Positions 46,234 through 56,470 are shown, counted from the first letter of the stretch. The stretch is 64,000 nt of DNA from Trueperaceae bacterium (GCA_034521815.1 JAXHLW010000013.1:128001-192000), one strand, 5' to 3'. Notes: generated by a model not told the origin, from the letters alone. Made by a program: numbers and translations.

Positions 46234-46271
46234 GCGCCCACGTGCGCCCGAAGCCCTGAGGAGACGGACCG

Positions 46272-47981
46272 ATGACGAGATTCTACGAACGCAAGCGTGG
46301 GCCCGACGGTCCCTACCTCGAGACCGACCTGCCCGGCGTGCTGGTCAGCAGGCTCCCCCTGCTCAACAAAGGCACCGCATTCAGCGAGGACGAACGCCGC
46401 GCGTTCGGCCTCGACGGTCTGTTCCCCTCCAAGGTCTCGACCCTCGACGAGCAGGTGGCTCGCGCGGAATCGAACTTGCGCGGCTTCGAGGTGGACCTCG
46501 ACAAGCACGTCTACCTCCGCGTGCTCCAGGATCGGAACGAAGTGCTGTTCTACGCGCTGCTGGAGCGCAACCTCGAAGAGATCCTGCCGCTCATCTACAC
46601 CCCCACCGTCGCGGAGGCGGTCGAGCGGTTCAGCCACATCTACCGCCATCCCCGCGGCCTGGTGATCTCGACGGAGACGATCGACCGGGTGGACGAGCTG
46701 CTGGCCAACGTCCCACTGCCCGACGTGCGGCTGGCGGTCGCCACGGACAGCGAAGGCATCCTGGGCATCGGCGACCAGGGGTTCGGCGGGATGGCGATCT
46801 GCATCGGCAAGCTGTCGCTCTACACGGCCGGTGCCGGGGTGGATCCCGGTCAGACGCTTCCGATCGAGCTGGACGTCGGGACGAACCGTCAGGATCTGCT
46901 GGACGATCCGATGTACTTGGGCGTCCGTCACGAGCGGCTACGGGGACGCGAGTACGATGCGTTCGTCGAGCGGTTCGTGGAGGCGTTCCAGACCCGGTTT
47001 CCCTCCGCACTGCTGCAGTGGGAGGACTTCAGCAAGCAGCGCGCGTTCGACCTGTTGGGGCGCTACCGCGACGTGCTGCCCAGCTTCAACGACGACGTCC
47101 AGGGGACCGGAGCGGTCGTGCTGGCCGGACTGCTGGCGGCCGCCCGGGTCAGTCGACGTCCGCTCACCCACGAAACGATCGCGATTCACGGCGCGGGGGC
47201 GGGCGGCGTCGGCGTGGCCAGGCAGATCGTCGCCGGGCTCCGTCGGGCCGGAATGAGCGAGCGCGACGCCAAGGCGCGGGTGCTGGTGCTCGACTCGCGC
47301 GGCCTGGTGGTCGAGGGACGTGAGGGCGTGGACGCGTACAAGACCGAGGTCGCCCAGCCCGCGTCCAGGCTCGAAGGCTGGCGTTTCAGCGGTGCAGCGC
47401 CCGACCTGCTCGAGACGGTCCGCGAAGGGGGCGTGACCGCCTTGATCGGCCTGTCCGGGCAGCGTGGCGCGTTCGGGCGTGACGTCGTCGAGGCGGTGGA
47501 CCGCAACACGCCCGTCCCGATCGTCTTCGCGCTGTCGAACCCGACGCGGCACACGGAGGCCGATCCGGCCGACGTGCTCGACTGGACCGAGGGACGCGCC
47601 CTGGTGGCCACCGGGAGTCCGTTTCCGGACGTTCTGCGCGGCGGCCACCGCACCGTGGTGGGGCAGGGCAACAACGCGTTCGTGTTCCCTGGCCTGGGCC
47701 TGGGCGTGATGCTGTCCGGTGCGCGACGCGTCAGCGACGACATGCTCAGCGCCGCGGCCGAGGCGTTGGCCGACTACGTGGACGTCGGGCGGCTGGAGCA
47801 CGGAGCGCTCTACCCGAGCGTCGCGAAGCTCCGGAGCGTCAGTCGTCAGGTCGCAGCGGCCGTGGTGCGCCAGGCCCAGCGCGAAGGCGTCGCCACCGAG
47901 CCCCTCGGTGACGATCTGGACCAGGCCGTGAGCGAGGCGATGTGGACGCCGACGTACCTGCCGCTGCGGCGGTCCCGCTAG
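46272..47981 (+). CDS. maeA: NAD-dependent malic enzyme
   Basis: LNKGTAF, IYTPTV, ILGIGDQG, QWEDF, FNDDVQGTG, GAGAGG, LSNPT, QGNN. Confidence 0.93.
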   Translation: MTRFYERKRGPDGPYLETDLPGVLVSRLPLLNKGTAFSEDERRAFGLDGLFPSKVSTLDEQVARAESNLRGFEVDLDKHVYLRVLQDRNEVLFYALLERNLEEILPLIYTPTVAEAVERFSHIYRHPRGLVISTETIDRVDELLANVPLPDVRLAVATDSEGILGIGDQGFGGMAICIGKLSLYTAGAGVDPGQTLPIELDVGTNRQDLLDDPMYLGVRHERLRGREYDAFVERFVEAFQTRFPSALLQWEDFSKQRAFDLLGRYRDVLPSFNDDVQGTGAVVLAGLLAAARVSRRPLTHETIAIHGAGAGGVGVARQIVAGLRRAGMSERDAKARVLVLDSRGLVVEGREGVDAYKTEVAQPASRLEGWRFSGAAPDLLETVREGGVTALIGLSGQRGAFGRDVVEAVDRNTPVPIVFALSNPTRHTEADPADVLDWTEGRALVATGSPFPDVLRGGHRTVVGQGNNAFVFPGLGLGVMLSGARRVSDDMLSAAAEALADYVDVGRLEHGALYPSVAKLRSVSRQVAAAVVRQAQREGVATEPLGDDLDQAVSEAMWTPTYLPLRRSR

Positions 47982-48000
47982 CCGGGTGGGCGGGAGCCGC

Positions 48001-48546
48001 ATGGACCGGGCTGCCCTCAGGGCGGTGGCGCTTCGGGTGGCGGCGCTGGCCCTGCTTCTGTTGCTGGCCATCGTCGCCGTGCTGACGACACGCACGCTGC
48101 AGCGTCTGCCCGACGCGACGATCTACCTGATTCGCTACGACGACCTCAGCGGGTTCGAGCTCGAGCCCGTCCCGCGGCGGTTGGGGACCGACGATGCGGA
48201 GGGGTACGCCCGGGCGGCGGTCGCGGCGCTCGCGGAAGGCCCGACGGCGGCCGAAGGGGCGCGGGGACTCGCGACGTCGGTGCCCGAAGGGACGCGCGTC
48301 TTGAACGCGTCCGCACGTGGTGGCACGCTCCGCGTCGATCTGTCGTCCGAGGCGGCGTCGGGTGGTGGGACGGCGTCGATGCGAGGTCGTCTCGAGCAGC
48401 TGCGCTGGACGCTGACCCGACCGAGCTCCATCGAGGTGGTGGACCTGTGGATGAACGGCGAGCCGCTGCGCGTGCTCGGTGGCGAGGGCCTGATGGTCGA
48501 GCCGTCGTGGCGCCGTCCGGACACCGAGCGGACACCGAGCTGGTGA
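48001..48546 (+). CDS. GerMN domain membrane-anchored protein
   Basis: N-terminal TM; ALAEGPT, VPEGTRVL, VDLS, QLRWTLT. Confidence 0.82.
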   Translation: MDRAALRAVALRVAALALLLLLAIVAVLTTRTLQRLPDATIYLIRYDDLSGFELEPVPRRLGTDDAEGYARAAVAALAEGPTAAEGARGLATSVPEGTRVLNASARGGTLRVDLSSEAASGGGTASMRGRLEQLRWTLTRPSSIEVVDLWMNGEPLRVLGGEGLMVEPSWRRPDTERTPSW

Positions 48547-49931
48547 CACGGTCGGCCCGCGTCGCCCCCACCGCGACGGTAGGCGCGCTCCGCCGCGCGC
48601 TCGCACTCCTGCTGGCCGTGGTCGTCGCCATCGGAATCGGGACCGGGCACGGTTCCGAGGGGGGCGAGGTCACGCTTCCGTCCGACGCGGACTGGACGAG
48701 GAGCGAGTCCGCCCGTGGACGCCTGTTCGACCGGGTGGCTCAGCGGGTCGAGCAGGTCTACTGGGATCCTGACCGCGTCGACTGGGCGTCGTGGCGTGCG
48801 GCGCATCGACGCGACGTGGTCGTCGCGGACGGCCGTGTCGCGCTGGACGCGGCGTTCCGGCGAGCGTTCGACGGTCTGGGCGACGGGCACTCCCGTTGGA
48901 TCGGTCGGTCGCCCGAGCCGAACGGGCGTGATCGACCGGTCGCCCCGACGTCGCCGGTCGACCTGGGCGTCGAGGCGATCCCTCTGGATCAGCGCGGCCT
49001 GTTGGTCACGCGCGTGCATCCGGGCGCGGCCGCCGACATCGCCGGGATGCGCCGCGGCGACGTGATCGAACGAGCCAACGGGCGTTCGCTGAGCGAGCCG
49101 GGACTGCGGTGGGCGATGCAGGACCGGATCGCCGAGGCGCTCCGGTCGGGCGTGGCGACGTTGGAGCTCGAGCGCCCGGGCCACGGTCGCGTCCGGCTCG
49201 AGGTTCGTCCAGCCGACGTGCCCGCAGGCGCGCGCCAACGGCCGATCGGCACGTTGGATCGTGCCAGCGGCGTCGCTCGGCTGGAGCTGCCCGCCTTCGT
49301 GACCGGCTCCGCGCAGGCCGCCCACGAGGAGGTGGCGCGCCTGAAGGATGCCGGGGCGGACGCGTTGGTCGTCGACCTGCGCGGGAACCCGGGTGGTGGC
49401 GTGCTCGAGATGGGTCTCGTGCTGGCCCTGTTCATGGAGGGCGGGCCCGTCGCCGCTTGGACCCGTGGCGGTCCCGACTGGATCCTGGAGATCGAGCGTG
49501 ACGACGGTGGCGCGACGGCACGTCTGGTGGCCCGCTCGGGCTCGTCGCCCGGCCGTGACGTGGCGGTGGCCCGGATCGCGGAGGCAGCCGTGTGGGACGG
49601 CCCCGTCGCGGTCCTGGTCGACGAGGGCAGCGCCAGTGCGGCAGAGGCGACCGCGGCGGTGCTGGCCACCGTCCGCTCGGCACCGGTCGTCGGCGCGGAC
49701 ACGCCGGGCAACGTCGAGAGCGTGCGCCGCGTGTCGTTCGTCGGGGGACACGAGGCCTGGGTCGCCGTGGGCGATCTTCGCTTCGACGATGGGACGCCGT
49801 TGGCTCCGGTCGAGGTGGACGCGGAGGCCCGGCTCGATCCGATCGAGCTCGCACGCGGTCACGACGCGCCGTTCGCCGAGGCGGTCCGGCGGCTGCGCGC
49901 GCTGCCGTGGACGCCCGGGCGTTGGTTCTGA
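48543..49931 (+). CDS. S41 family peptidase with PDZ domain
   Basis: LGDGHS, PDZ (AADIAGMRRGDVI), DLRGNPGG, SASAAE; GTGA coupled to the GerMN gene. Confidence 0.88.
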   Translation: MTRSARVAPTATVGALRRALALLLAVVVAIGIGTGHGSEGGEVTLPSDADWTRSESARGRLFDRVAQRVEQVYWDPDRVDWASWRAAHRRDVVVADGRVALDAAFRRAFDGLGDGHSRWIGRSPEPNGRDRPVAPTSPVDLGVEAIPLDQRGLLVTRVHPGAAADIAGMRRGDVIERANGRSLSEPGLRWAMQDRIAEALRSGVATLELERPGHGRVRLEVRPADVPAGARQRPIGTLDRASGVARLELPAFVTGSAQAAHEEVARLKDAGADALVVDLRGNPGGGVLEMGLVLALFMEGGPVAAWTRGGPDWILEIERDDGGATARLVARSGSSPGRDVAVARIAEAAVWDGPVAVLVDEGSASAAEATAAVLATVRSAPVVGADTPGNVESVRRVSFVGGHEAWVAVGDLRFDDGTPLAPVEVDAEARLDPIELARGHDAPFAEAVRRLRALPWTPGRWF

Positions 49932-50193
49932 GCCCTATCCCGGCTCGGGTTCCGAGCCTGACCCCGCCGTCGCCGCCCCCGCCGTCGCCGCCCTCGTCGT
50001 TCTCATCGGCGCAGCGGGTTTCCTAGGTTGTACGCGCGTGGAACGACATGGTAGGCTGCCGCGGATATCAAGGGGATGGTCTTGAGCCAAGAAAGCCCGT
50101 CCAGCACGCACGAAAACGCCCCGAACCCACGCCCCGAACCCATCGGGCCCGGGACGGTTCGCGAGATGCGTCGCGAGCCAGCTCGCGAGTCGG

Positions 50194-50270
50194 TGGTGCG
50201 CCCGACAGGATTCGAACCTGTGACCTTTCGCTCCGGAGGCGAACGCTCTATCCGGCTGAGCTACGGGCGC
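50194..50270 (-). tRNA. tRNA-Arg(CCG)
   Basis: GCGCCCGTAGCTCAGCCGGATAGAGCGTTCGCCTCCGGAGCGAAAGGTCACAGGTTCGAATCCTGTCGGGCGCACCA; 77 nt, CCG anticodon, encoded CCA. Confidence 0.97.
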
Positions 50271-50321
50271 GCGGAAACCAAGTAGGAAACCTAGCACCGT
50301 CATCTGGAGGAAGTCAAGCGA

Positions 50322-52503
50322 ATGAAGCTGAGCCGCCGCACCAACACCATCATTCTTTGGATCACGTCGATCGGCCTGCTGGTCGGCATGGTGATCACCT
50401 TCACCCCGACCCTCGGGGCGCTCACCGGGGGGGCGCGCACGACACCAGCGTGCCCGCCCTCATCGTGAACGACGAGACGATCACCGACCTCGAGGTCGCG
50501 CAAGCGCGGCGCTCGTCGCCCATCTTCACCGTCGTTCAGGAGGGCCCGGTCGCGGAGGATCTCGAACGGTTGCTCGTGGATTCGCTGATCCGCCAGGAGG
50601 TTCTCGCTCAGGCGGCGTCGCGCATGCGGATCGGAAACGGCGAGGTCCGCGACGAGCTCGCGGCGTTCCGTGAGCGCAACGGCGTGGCTGGCTCGGGCAA
50701 CGACGAAGCGTACCTGCGCCTGATCGGCGGGGCCGGCTACACCGACGCGACGTTCCGCGACTACCTGCGCGATCAGCTGCAGGTCGCCGCCTTCCAGGAC
50801 GAGGTGACCGAAGGCATCGACGTCGACGAGGCCGAGGTCGAGGCGTTCTACGACGTGAACAGCGACGCGTACCGCAGCGACCCACGCGTGCTGGCGCGCC
50901 AGATCGTGGTGGACGACGCCGAGACGGCCGAGGCGCTTCGCGTGCGCGCGCTGGCGGGCGAGTCGTTCGCCGAGCTCGCCGCCGAAGCGTCGCTGGAACG
51001 GGCGGAGCAGGACGGTGCCGTCGGAGGCGAGACGCCGCAGCCGGTCGGTCGCCCCGCGTTCCCGAGCGTGGTGGCGGACGCCGTGTTCGCACGGTCGACG
51101 CCCGGGCTGACGCCGGTGGTCGAGAGCGGTGGACGTGCGTACCTGGTGCAGGTCGAGGAGATCGTTCCCGCGGCTCCCCTTCCGTTGGACGAGGTGCGCG
51201 AGGAGGTCCGCGAGGACGCCCTGGGCGCGAAGCGGCAGGCGGCGCTCGACGACCGCATCGAGCAGCTCGTGGCCGAGGCCGAGGTGTCCGTGGCGGAGGG
51301 CAGCGAGCTGTCGCTGGACGATCCGCTGGTGGCGACGGTGGGGCAGGCCGAGATCCACGCGTCGGAGCTGGCGCGAGAGACCTACACGAACCCTCAGATC
51401 CAGCAGGCGCTGAGCCCGCAGACGGCGTCGCTGATCGCGGAGTTCTTCAAGCCCAGCATCCTCGAGCAGCTCGTCGACCGCGAGCTCGCGGTGCAGGGGT
51501 CGGAAGACCTGGACGCCACCTTCTTCGGCACCGACGCGCTCATCGCGCAAAGCGCGCTGAACTGGATCGCCCGCGACGCCGAGGCGAGCGAAAGCGACAT
51601 CCAGGCGTTCTACCAGGCGAACCTCGATCGCTACACCGTGGCCGCGTCGGCGGACGTGCTTCGCGTGGACTTCGGCGACGCTGCGGCGGCGGCCGAGTAC
51701 CGTGACGCGCTGCTGAACGGTGCCGACCCCGAGACCGCCGCCGAGAACGCCGGCGGCGAGGTCGACGACGTGGGCGTCGTCCGGCAGGGACAGATGGCCG
51801 CGCCGCTGGACACGGCCCTGTTCAGCACCGACGCGTTCGAGGACCTTCCGGACGACCCGCGAGCGGTGTCCGACGTGCTGGTCCTCGACGTGCCCGTGGA
51901 GGAGGAGCCGGCGCAGGACGAGGCCACCCCCGACGAGGCCGCGACGGACGAGGCCGCGACGGACGAGGCGCGACGACACCGCACCGAGACCCGGCGTCCG
52001 ACGCGGCTGCCGGCGAGGCTGCGTCCGCCGAAGCTCCAGAGGATGCCGAGGAAGCGGAAGACGCCGCGGGTGTCGAGGCCGACGCTGAATCGGCCGCTGA
52101 ATCCGACGCGGGTTCGGACGCTACCCCCGATGCCGACGCCAGCACGACGACGCACGTGGTGCTGGTCGCGCTCCGCACGCCGCAGCGGGTGCGCCCGTTG
52201 GAGGAGGTGCGGAGCGACGTCGAGGCGACGGTGCTCGCGCAGGAGCGTCAGTCGCTTCAGCGCGAGTGGCTGGACGGGCTTCGCGAGGAGATCGATGTCG
52301 AGACGATGCTCGCCTCGGCCACTCCGCCGGCCACCGCGCCGGCGAGTGCGATCGACGGCGCGACCGATGACGGGACGGACGGCGCAGTGACCGACGGCGA
52401 ACCCACGGACGGTGAGCCGATAGAGGACGACGCTGCGGACGGCACGCCTGCCGACGATGGTGCGGCCGGGGCCGAGAGCGAGGACGACACGGCGCCCCAG
52501 TGA
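50322..52503 (+). CDS. PpiD/SurA-like membrane-anchored parvulin PPIase chaperone (apparent frameshifts near 50430 and 51970-51995)
   Basis: ATG 50322 after GGAGG gives MKLSRRTNTIILWITSIGLLVGMVITFTP. It shifts at a G7 run into the ORF 50048 frame (SurA-like N domain, rotamase GESFAELAAEAS), then into the 52156..52503 frame. Confidence 0.82.
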
Positions 52504-52553
52504 GGCATCGGGCGTGACGTTCACGCCCTGAGGCTCCCTCGGCCTGGCTCGAT

Positions 52554-52585
52554 GCGCCCCCGACCGGTTCGCCGGTCGGGGGCGC
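52554..52585. terminator. 14-bp GC hairpin downstream of the PPIase gene
   Basis: GCGCCCCCGACCGG-TTCG-CCGGTCGGGGGCGC; no U tract. Confidence 0.55.
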
Positions 52586-52603
52586 TGCGGTACGCTCTGC
52601 GCC

Positions 52604-54133
52604 ATGAAGCGAGCGTTGTTGAGCGTGTCGGACAAGCGAGGGATCGTCGATCTCGCCCGTGGCCTGCAGGCTGCGGGCGTCGAGCTGGTGTCCAGCGGCG
52701 GCACGGCCCGAACGCTGCGGGAGGCAGGCGTGCCGGTCGCCGGCGTGGATCAGGTGACGGGGCATCCGGAGATCCTGGGTGGGCGCGTGAAGACGCTGCA
52801 TCCTCGGATCCACGGTGGTCTGCTGGCCCGGGACGACGAGGAGCAGCTGCGCGAGCTGGCGGACCACGGCATCGATCCGTTCGACCTGCTGGTCGTGAAC
52901 CTGTACCCGTTCAGGGAGGCGGCGGCTCGCGTCGGAGCCAGCGAAGCGGAGGTCGTGGAGCAGATCGACATCGGGGGTCCGGCGATGGTTCGTGCCGCTG
53001 CGAAGACGCACGAGCGCGTCGCGGTGGTCGTGGATCCGAACGATTATGACGAGCTGCTGGCGAGCCTCGACGACGGGGGTCCGGACGCCGCGACGCGGCG
53101 GCGTCTGGCCCGCAAGGCGTTCGCGCACACGGCCGCGTACGACGCGGCGATCGTGCGCTGGTTCGACGCGAGCTCGCCCGACGCCGAGCGGCTCCCTCCG
53201 ACGTTGCACCTGGCGCTGGAGCGGACGGAGATGCTCCGCTACGGCGAAAATCCTCATCAGCAGGGCGCGCGCTATCGCGAGATCGGGTTCGGTGGCGTAT
53301 GGGACGACGCGGTGCAGCACAAGGGAGCTCCGCTGTCGTTCCTGAACCTGTTCGACGCCGAGGCGGCGTGGCGACTGGTGCACAGGTTCACGAGGCCGGC
53401 CGCGGTGATCGTGAAGCACGCCAATCCGTGCGGCGTCGCGGTCGCAGGCGACCTCGCGACGGCGTACGACCGTGCGTTCGCGGGCGATCCGATCTCCGCG
53501 TTCGGTGGCGTGGTCGCCCTGAACGGAACGGTGGACGCGCGGACGGCGCAGGCGCTGATGAACAATCCGAAGGCGGACGTCGTGGTGGCGCGCGGCTTCG
53601 ATGCGGACGCGCTCGAGGTGTTGTCGTCGAAGCGCAAGGCGATGCGCGTCTTGGAGGCACCGGAGCCGTTGCCGCGAGGGCTGGACGCTCGGAGCCTGGA
53701 CGGTGGCCTGCTGGTGCAGACCTCGGACGTGGTGTCGCTGGATCGGTCCGCATGGCGGGTGCCGACCCGCCGGACGCCCAGCGACGCCGAATGGCGCGAT
53801 CTGGCGTTCGCCTGGCAGGTGTGCGCTGCGGTGGGATCGAACGCGATCGTGCTGGTGAAGGACGAGATGGCGGTCGGAATCGGCGCTGGCCAGCCGAGCC
53901 GCGTGGACGCCGCCCGCATCGCGAAAGAGAAGGCGGACGGACGGGCGCGTGGCGGGGCGTGCGCCTCGGACGCGTTCTTCCCGTTCCGAGACGGTTTGGA
54001 CGTGGCTGCGGAGGCGGGTGCGACGGCGGTCATCCAGCCGGGCGGGTCGGTGCGTGACGACGAGCTGGTCGCTGCGGCGGACGAGCACGGCATGTCGATG
54101 GTCCTGACCGGCGAGCGCCACTTCCGGCACTGA
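52604..54133 (+). CDS. purH: Bifunctional AICAR transformylase/IMP cyclohydrolase
   Basis: RALLSVSDK, GRVKTLHP, IDIGGP, RYGENPHQ, KHANPCG, SDAFFPF, RHFRH. Confidence 0.97.
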   Translation: MKRALLSVSDKRGIVDLARGLQAAGVELVSSGGTARTLREAGVPVAGVDQVTGHPEILGGRVKTLHPRIHGGLLARDDEEQLRELADHGIDPFDLLVVNLYPFREAAARVGASEAEVVEQIDIGGPAMVRAAAKTHERVAVVVDPNDYDELLASLDDGGPDAATRRRLARKAFAHTAAYDAAIVRWFDASSPDAERLPPTLHLALERTEMLRYGENPHQQGARYREIGFGGVWDDAVQHKGAPLSFLNLFDAEAAWRLVHRFTRPAAVIVKHANPCGVAVAGDLATAYDRAFAGDPISAFGGVVALNGTVDARTAQALMNNPKADVVVARGFDADALEVLSSKRKAMRVLEAPEPLPRGLDARSLDGGLLVQTSDVVSLDRSAWRVPTRRTPSDAEWRDLAFAWQVCAAVGSNAIVLVKDEMAVGIGAGQPSRVDAARIAKEKADGRARGGACASDAFFPFRDGLDVAAEAGATAVIQPGGSVRDDELVAAADEHGMSMVLTGERHFRH

Positions 54134-54148
54134 GCCCCGCGTCGCGAC

Positions 54149-54190
54149 AACGATGATCGGGCCGCCCCGCGGGGCGGCCCGATCATCGTT
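54149..54190. terminator. Perfect 42-bp palindrome between convergent genes, likely bidirectional terminator
   Basis: AACGATGATCGGGCCGCCCCG|CGGGGCGGCCCGATCATCGTT. Confidence 0.75.
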
Positions 54191-54217
54191 CGTGGCTAGT
54201 CTAGGCGGGGCCTGTGC

Positions 54218-56470
54218 TCAGAAGGGATTGTCGGGGCGGTCCATGGCGCTCACGTCCGCGCCGAGGTCCGCGATCGAGTCGTGCAACAGCTGAATGACGT
54301 ACTGGCTGTTGTGCACGTAGGAGCCGGTGTCCTTCTTGGAGTACTGGTAGTTGTAGGCCGCGCGCATCAGGCGGGGCGTCCACGAGCGGTACTGGTTGCC
54401 GTAGTTCGCCTCGTCGGCATCGGGCTCGCCGTTGGCGTTCGTGTCGACGAAGAAGTACGGGTATGCGCTGCTGTCGTACACGATGGGCGTGCCCAGCGTG
54501 TCCGCGGCGTAGCTCTGCATCGCGTCGTACAGCATGGTCTGCATCGTGGCGATCTCGTAGTACGTGCCTTCGGTCGTCTCGCCGTCGCCGTCCCAGTCGC
54601 CCGGCCACTCGCGCAGGTCGCGGATGTCGGCGACCGTGGTGGCGTCGTGGCAGTCGGAGCAGGTGCTGACGATGTCGACCTGCTGGTTGTGGGGGTCGTG
54701 GCACTGCGTGCAGGTCGCGACGTCGGCGTCGTGTTCCCAGAACCCGACGTACTCCTGACCTTCGTACTCGTAACCGCCGCTGGCCTCGCCGCCGAAGCGG
54801 GTGGCCGCCGCCGCGAAGAAGTGCACGTTCACGAAGCCCAGGCCGTCGGCGACCTCGTCGTCGCCGGCGTCGCCGATACGGGCGTTCACGCTCTCGGTCG
54901 AGGCGCGACCCTGGTGACAGGTGGCGCACAGGTTGTCGCCGGAGTTGCCGAACGAGAGGACGGCACCGCTGGGGAACTCGACCTCTTCGAGCGAGAGCAC
55001 CTCGAAGTCGACGTTGTCGACGTGGCAGGTCGAGCACGCCATGCCTTGCGCGACGTCCTGCTCGATCTGCGTGCCGTGCAGAATCGAGAACGGCAGGCCG
55101 TCGGCGCTGTGGCAGGTCGAGCAGCTGGCGGGAACGGCGCCGTCTTCGTCCCAGTGGCGCCACGCTTCGGTGGTGGCGTCGAAGTGCCCCGCATCGTCGC
55201 GGCGGATCATCTCGACCATGCTCATGTCGAGCACCGGAATGCTGGAGACGAGCGCGCTGTGGTCGTAGCTGGCGGCCTGGGCCTGGACGTCGGGCTGGTC
55301 ACCCGGACGGCCCAGAGCCATCGTCGACTCACCGGTCGCCTCGGCGAGGTCCATGATGCTGTCGTGCAGCAGCTGGATCAGGTACTTCGCGTTGTGCGCG
55401 TAGCCGCCCGGATCCTTCGCCACGACCTGGTAGTTGTACGCGGCCTGCAGCAGGCGGGGCGTCCACGACTGGAAGCTGTTGCCGTAGTTGATCTCGTCCG
55501 CGTCCGCTTCGCCGTTGCCGTTGGTGTCGGCGAAGAAGTACGGGTAGGCGTGGCTGTCGTAGAGGACCTGCGTGCCGACGACCTGTTCCGAGTACGCCTG
55601 CATGGCGTCGTAGAGCAGCGTGTGCAGGTTCTCGATCTCGGTCTTGATGCCGGTGTAGATGTCGCCGTCGCCGTCGTAGTCGACGAACGATCCGGGCATG
55701 CGGATCTCGCGCACGTCCTCGATCGTGTCCGCGCCGATGTGGCAGGTGGCGCAGCTCTCGACCTCGAGCTCGAGCGTGTGGGGGTCGTGGCAGCTCTGGC
55801 AGCTGTCGTAGCCCTCGACGTGGTCGAAGCGGGGCTCGTAGTACGCGTTCTCGTACTCGAAGCCGCCGGCGGCCTCGCTGCCGTACAGCGTCGCGGCAGC
55901 CGCGTAGAAGTGGATGTTGATGAAGCCCTGCTCGGCCATGATCTCGTCCATGCCGACGCCGGCCTCTTCGATCGCCGTGCTCACCGTCGCACCGTTGGCG
56001 CGACCCTGGTGGCAGGTCATGCAGCTCGCTTCACGGCCCAGGTCGGTGAGGACGACGCCCGAGGGCATCTCGACCGTGGTGCGCTCGAGGGTGACCTCGT
56101 TGTGGCAGGTGCTGCACTGGATCACGCCGGGCTCCGACGCTTCGTCCACGACGCCGAACTCCGAGCCGTCGAGGCCCAGGTAGTCGGCGTGGCCGGCGCT
56201 GCTGTGGCACTGGCCGCAGCGGGTGGGCACCAGCGGGGGCTCGTCCTCGTTCCAGTGGACGAACGCCTCGGAGCTCAGGTCGGCGTGTCCGCTGCCGATC
56301 CAGTCCTCGAAGAAGGGCACCTCGACGTGGCTGTAGTTCATGTTCGGCGTGGCGGGCTCGCCCTGCGCGCTGGCCGTCGGCGTCAGCACGCCCGCGCCCG
56401 CGTCGACCGCGATGACGGTCACCCAGGTCGCGAGCAAGGCGATCACGGAAAGAATTCCTAAGCGTCTCAT
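54218..56470 (-). CDS. Exported decaheme cytochrome c (two tandem pentaheme modules)
   Basis: Signal peptide; 10 CxxCH motifs (CGQCH, CSTCH, CMTCH, CQSCH, CATCH / CSTCH, CSTCH, CATCH, CTQCH, CSDCH); internal duplication. Confidence 0.92.
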   Translation of the reverse strand: MRRLGILSVIALLATWVTVIAVDAGAGVLTPTASAQGEPATPNMNYSHVEVPFFEDWIGSGHADLSSEAFVHWNEDEPPLVPTRCGQCHSSAGHADYLGLDGSEFGVVDEASEPGVIQCSTCHNEVTLERTTVEMPSGVVLTDLGREASCMTCHQGRANGATVSTAIEEAGVGMDEIMAEQGFINIHFYAAAATLYGSEAAGGFEYENAYYEPRFDHVEGYDSCQSCHDPHTLELEVESCATCHIGADTIEDVREIRMPGSFVDYDGDGDIYTGIKTEIENLHTLLYDAMQAYSEQVVGTQVLYDSHAYPYFFADTNGNGEADADEINYGNSFQSWTPRLLQAAYNYQVVAKDPGGYAHNAKYLIQLLHDSIMDLAEATGESTMALGRPGDQPDVQAQAASYDHSALVSSIPVLDMSMVEMIRRDDAGHFDATTEAWRHWDEDGAVPASCSTCHSADGLPFSILHGTQIEQDVAQGMACSTCHVDNVDFEVLSLEEVEFPSGAVLSFGNSGDNLCATCHQGRASTESVNARIGDAGDDEVADGLGFVNVHFFAAAATRFGGEASGGYEYEGQEYVGFWEHDADVATCTQCHDPHNQQVDIVSTCSDCHDATTVADIRDLREWPGDWDGDGETTEGTYYEIATMQTMLYDAMQSYAADTLGTPIVYDSSAYPYFFVDTNANGEPDADEANYGNQYRSWTPRLMRAAYNYQYSKKDTGSYVHNSQYVIQLLHDSIADLGADVSAMDRPDNPF

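Noticed and set aside
49935-50303. ORFs overlapping the tRNA (49935..50303 -, 50076..50285 +) and an integrated element at the tRNA 3' end
   Set aside because: The ORFs are translations of the tRNA; I noticed no duplicated tRNA 3' end (att site) or integrase in the window.
52504-52603. ZMP/ZTP riboswitch upstream of purH
   Set aside because: The hairpins lack the conserved riboswitch core, and a -10 box 7 nt before the ATG indicates a leaderless purH transcript.
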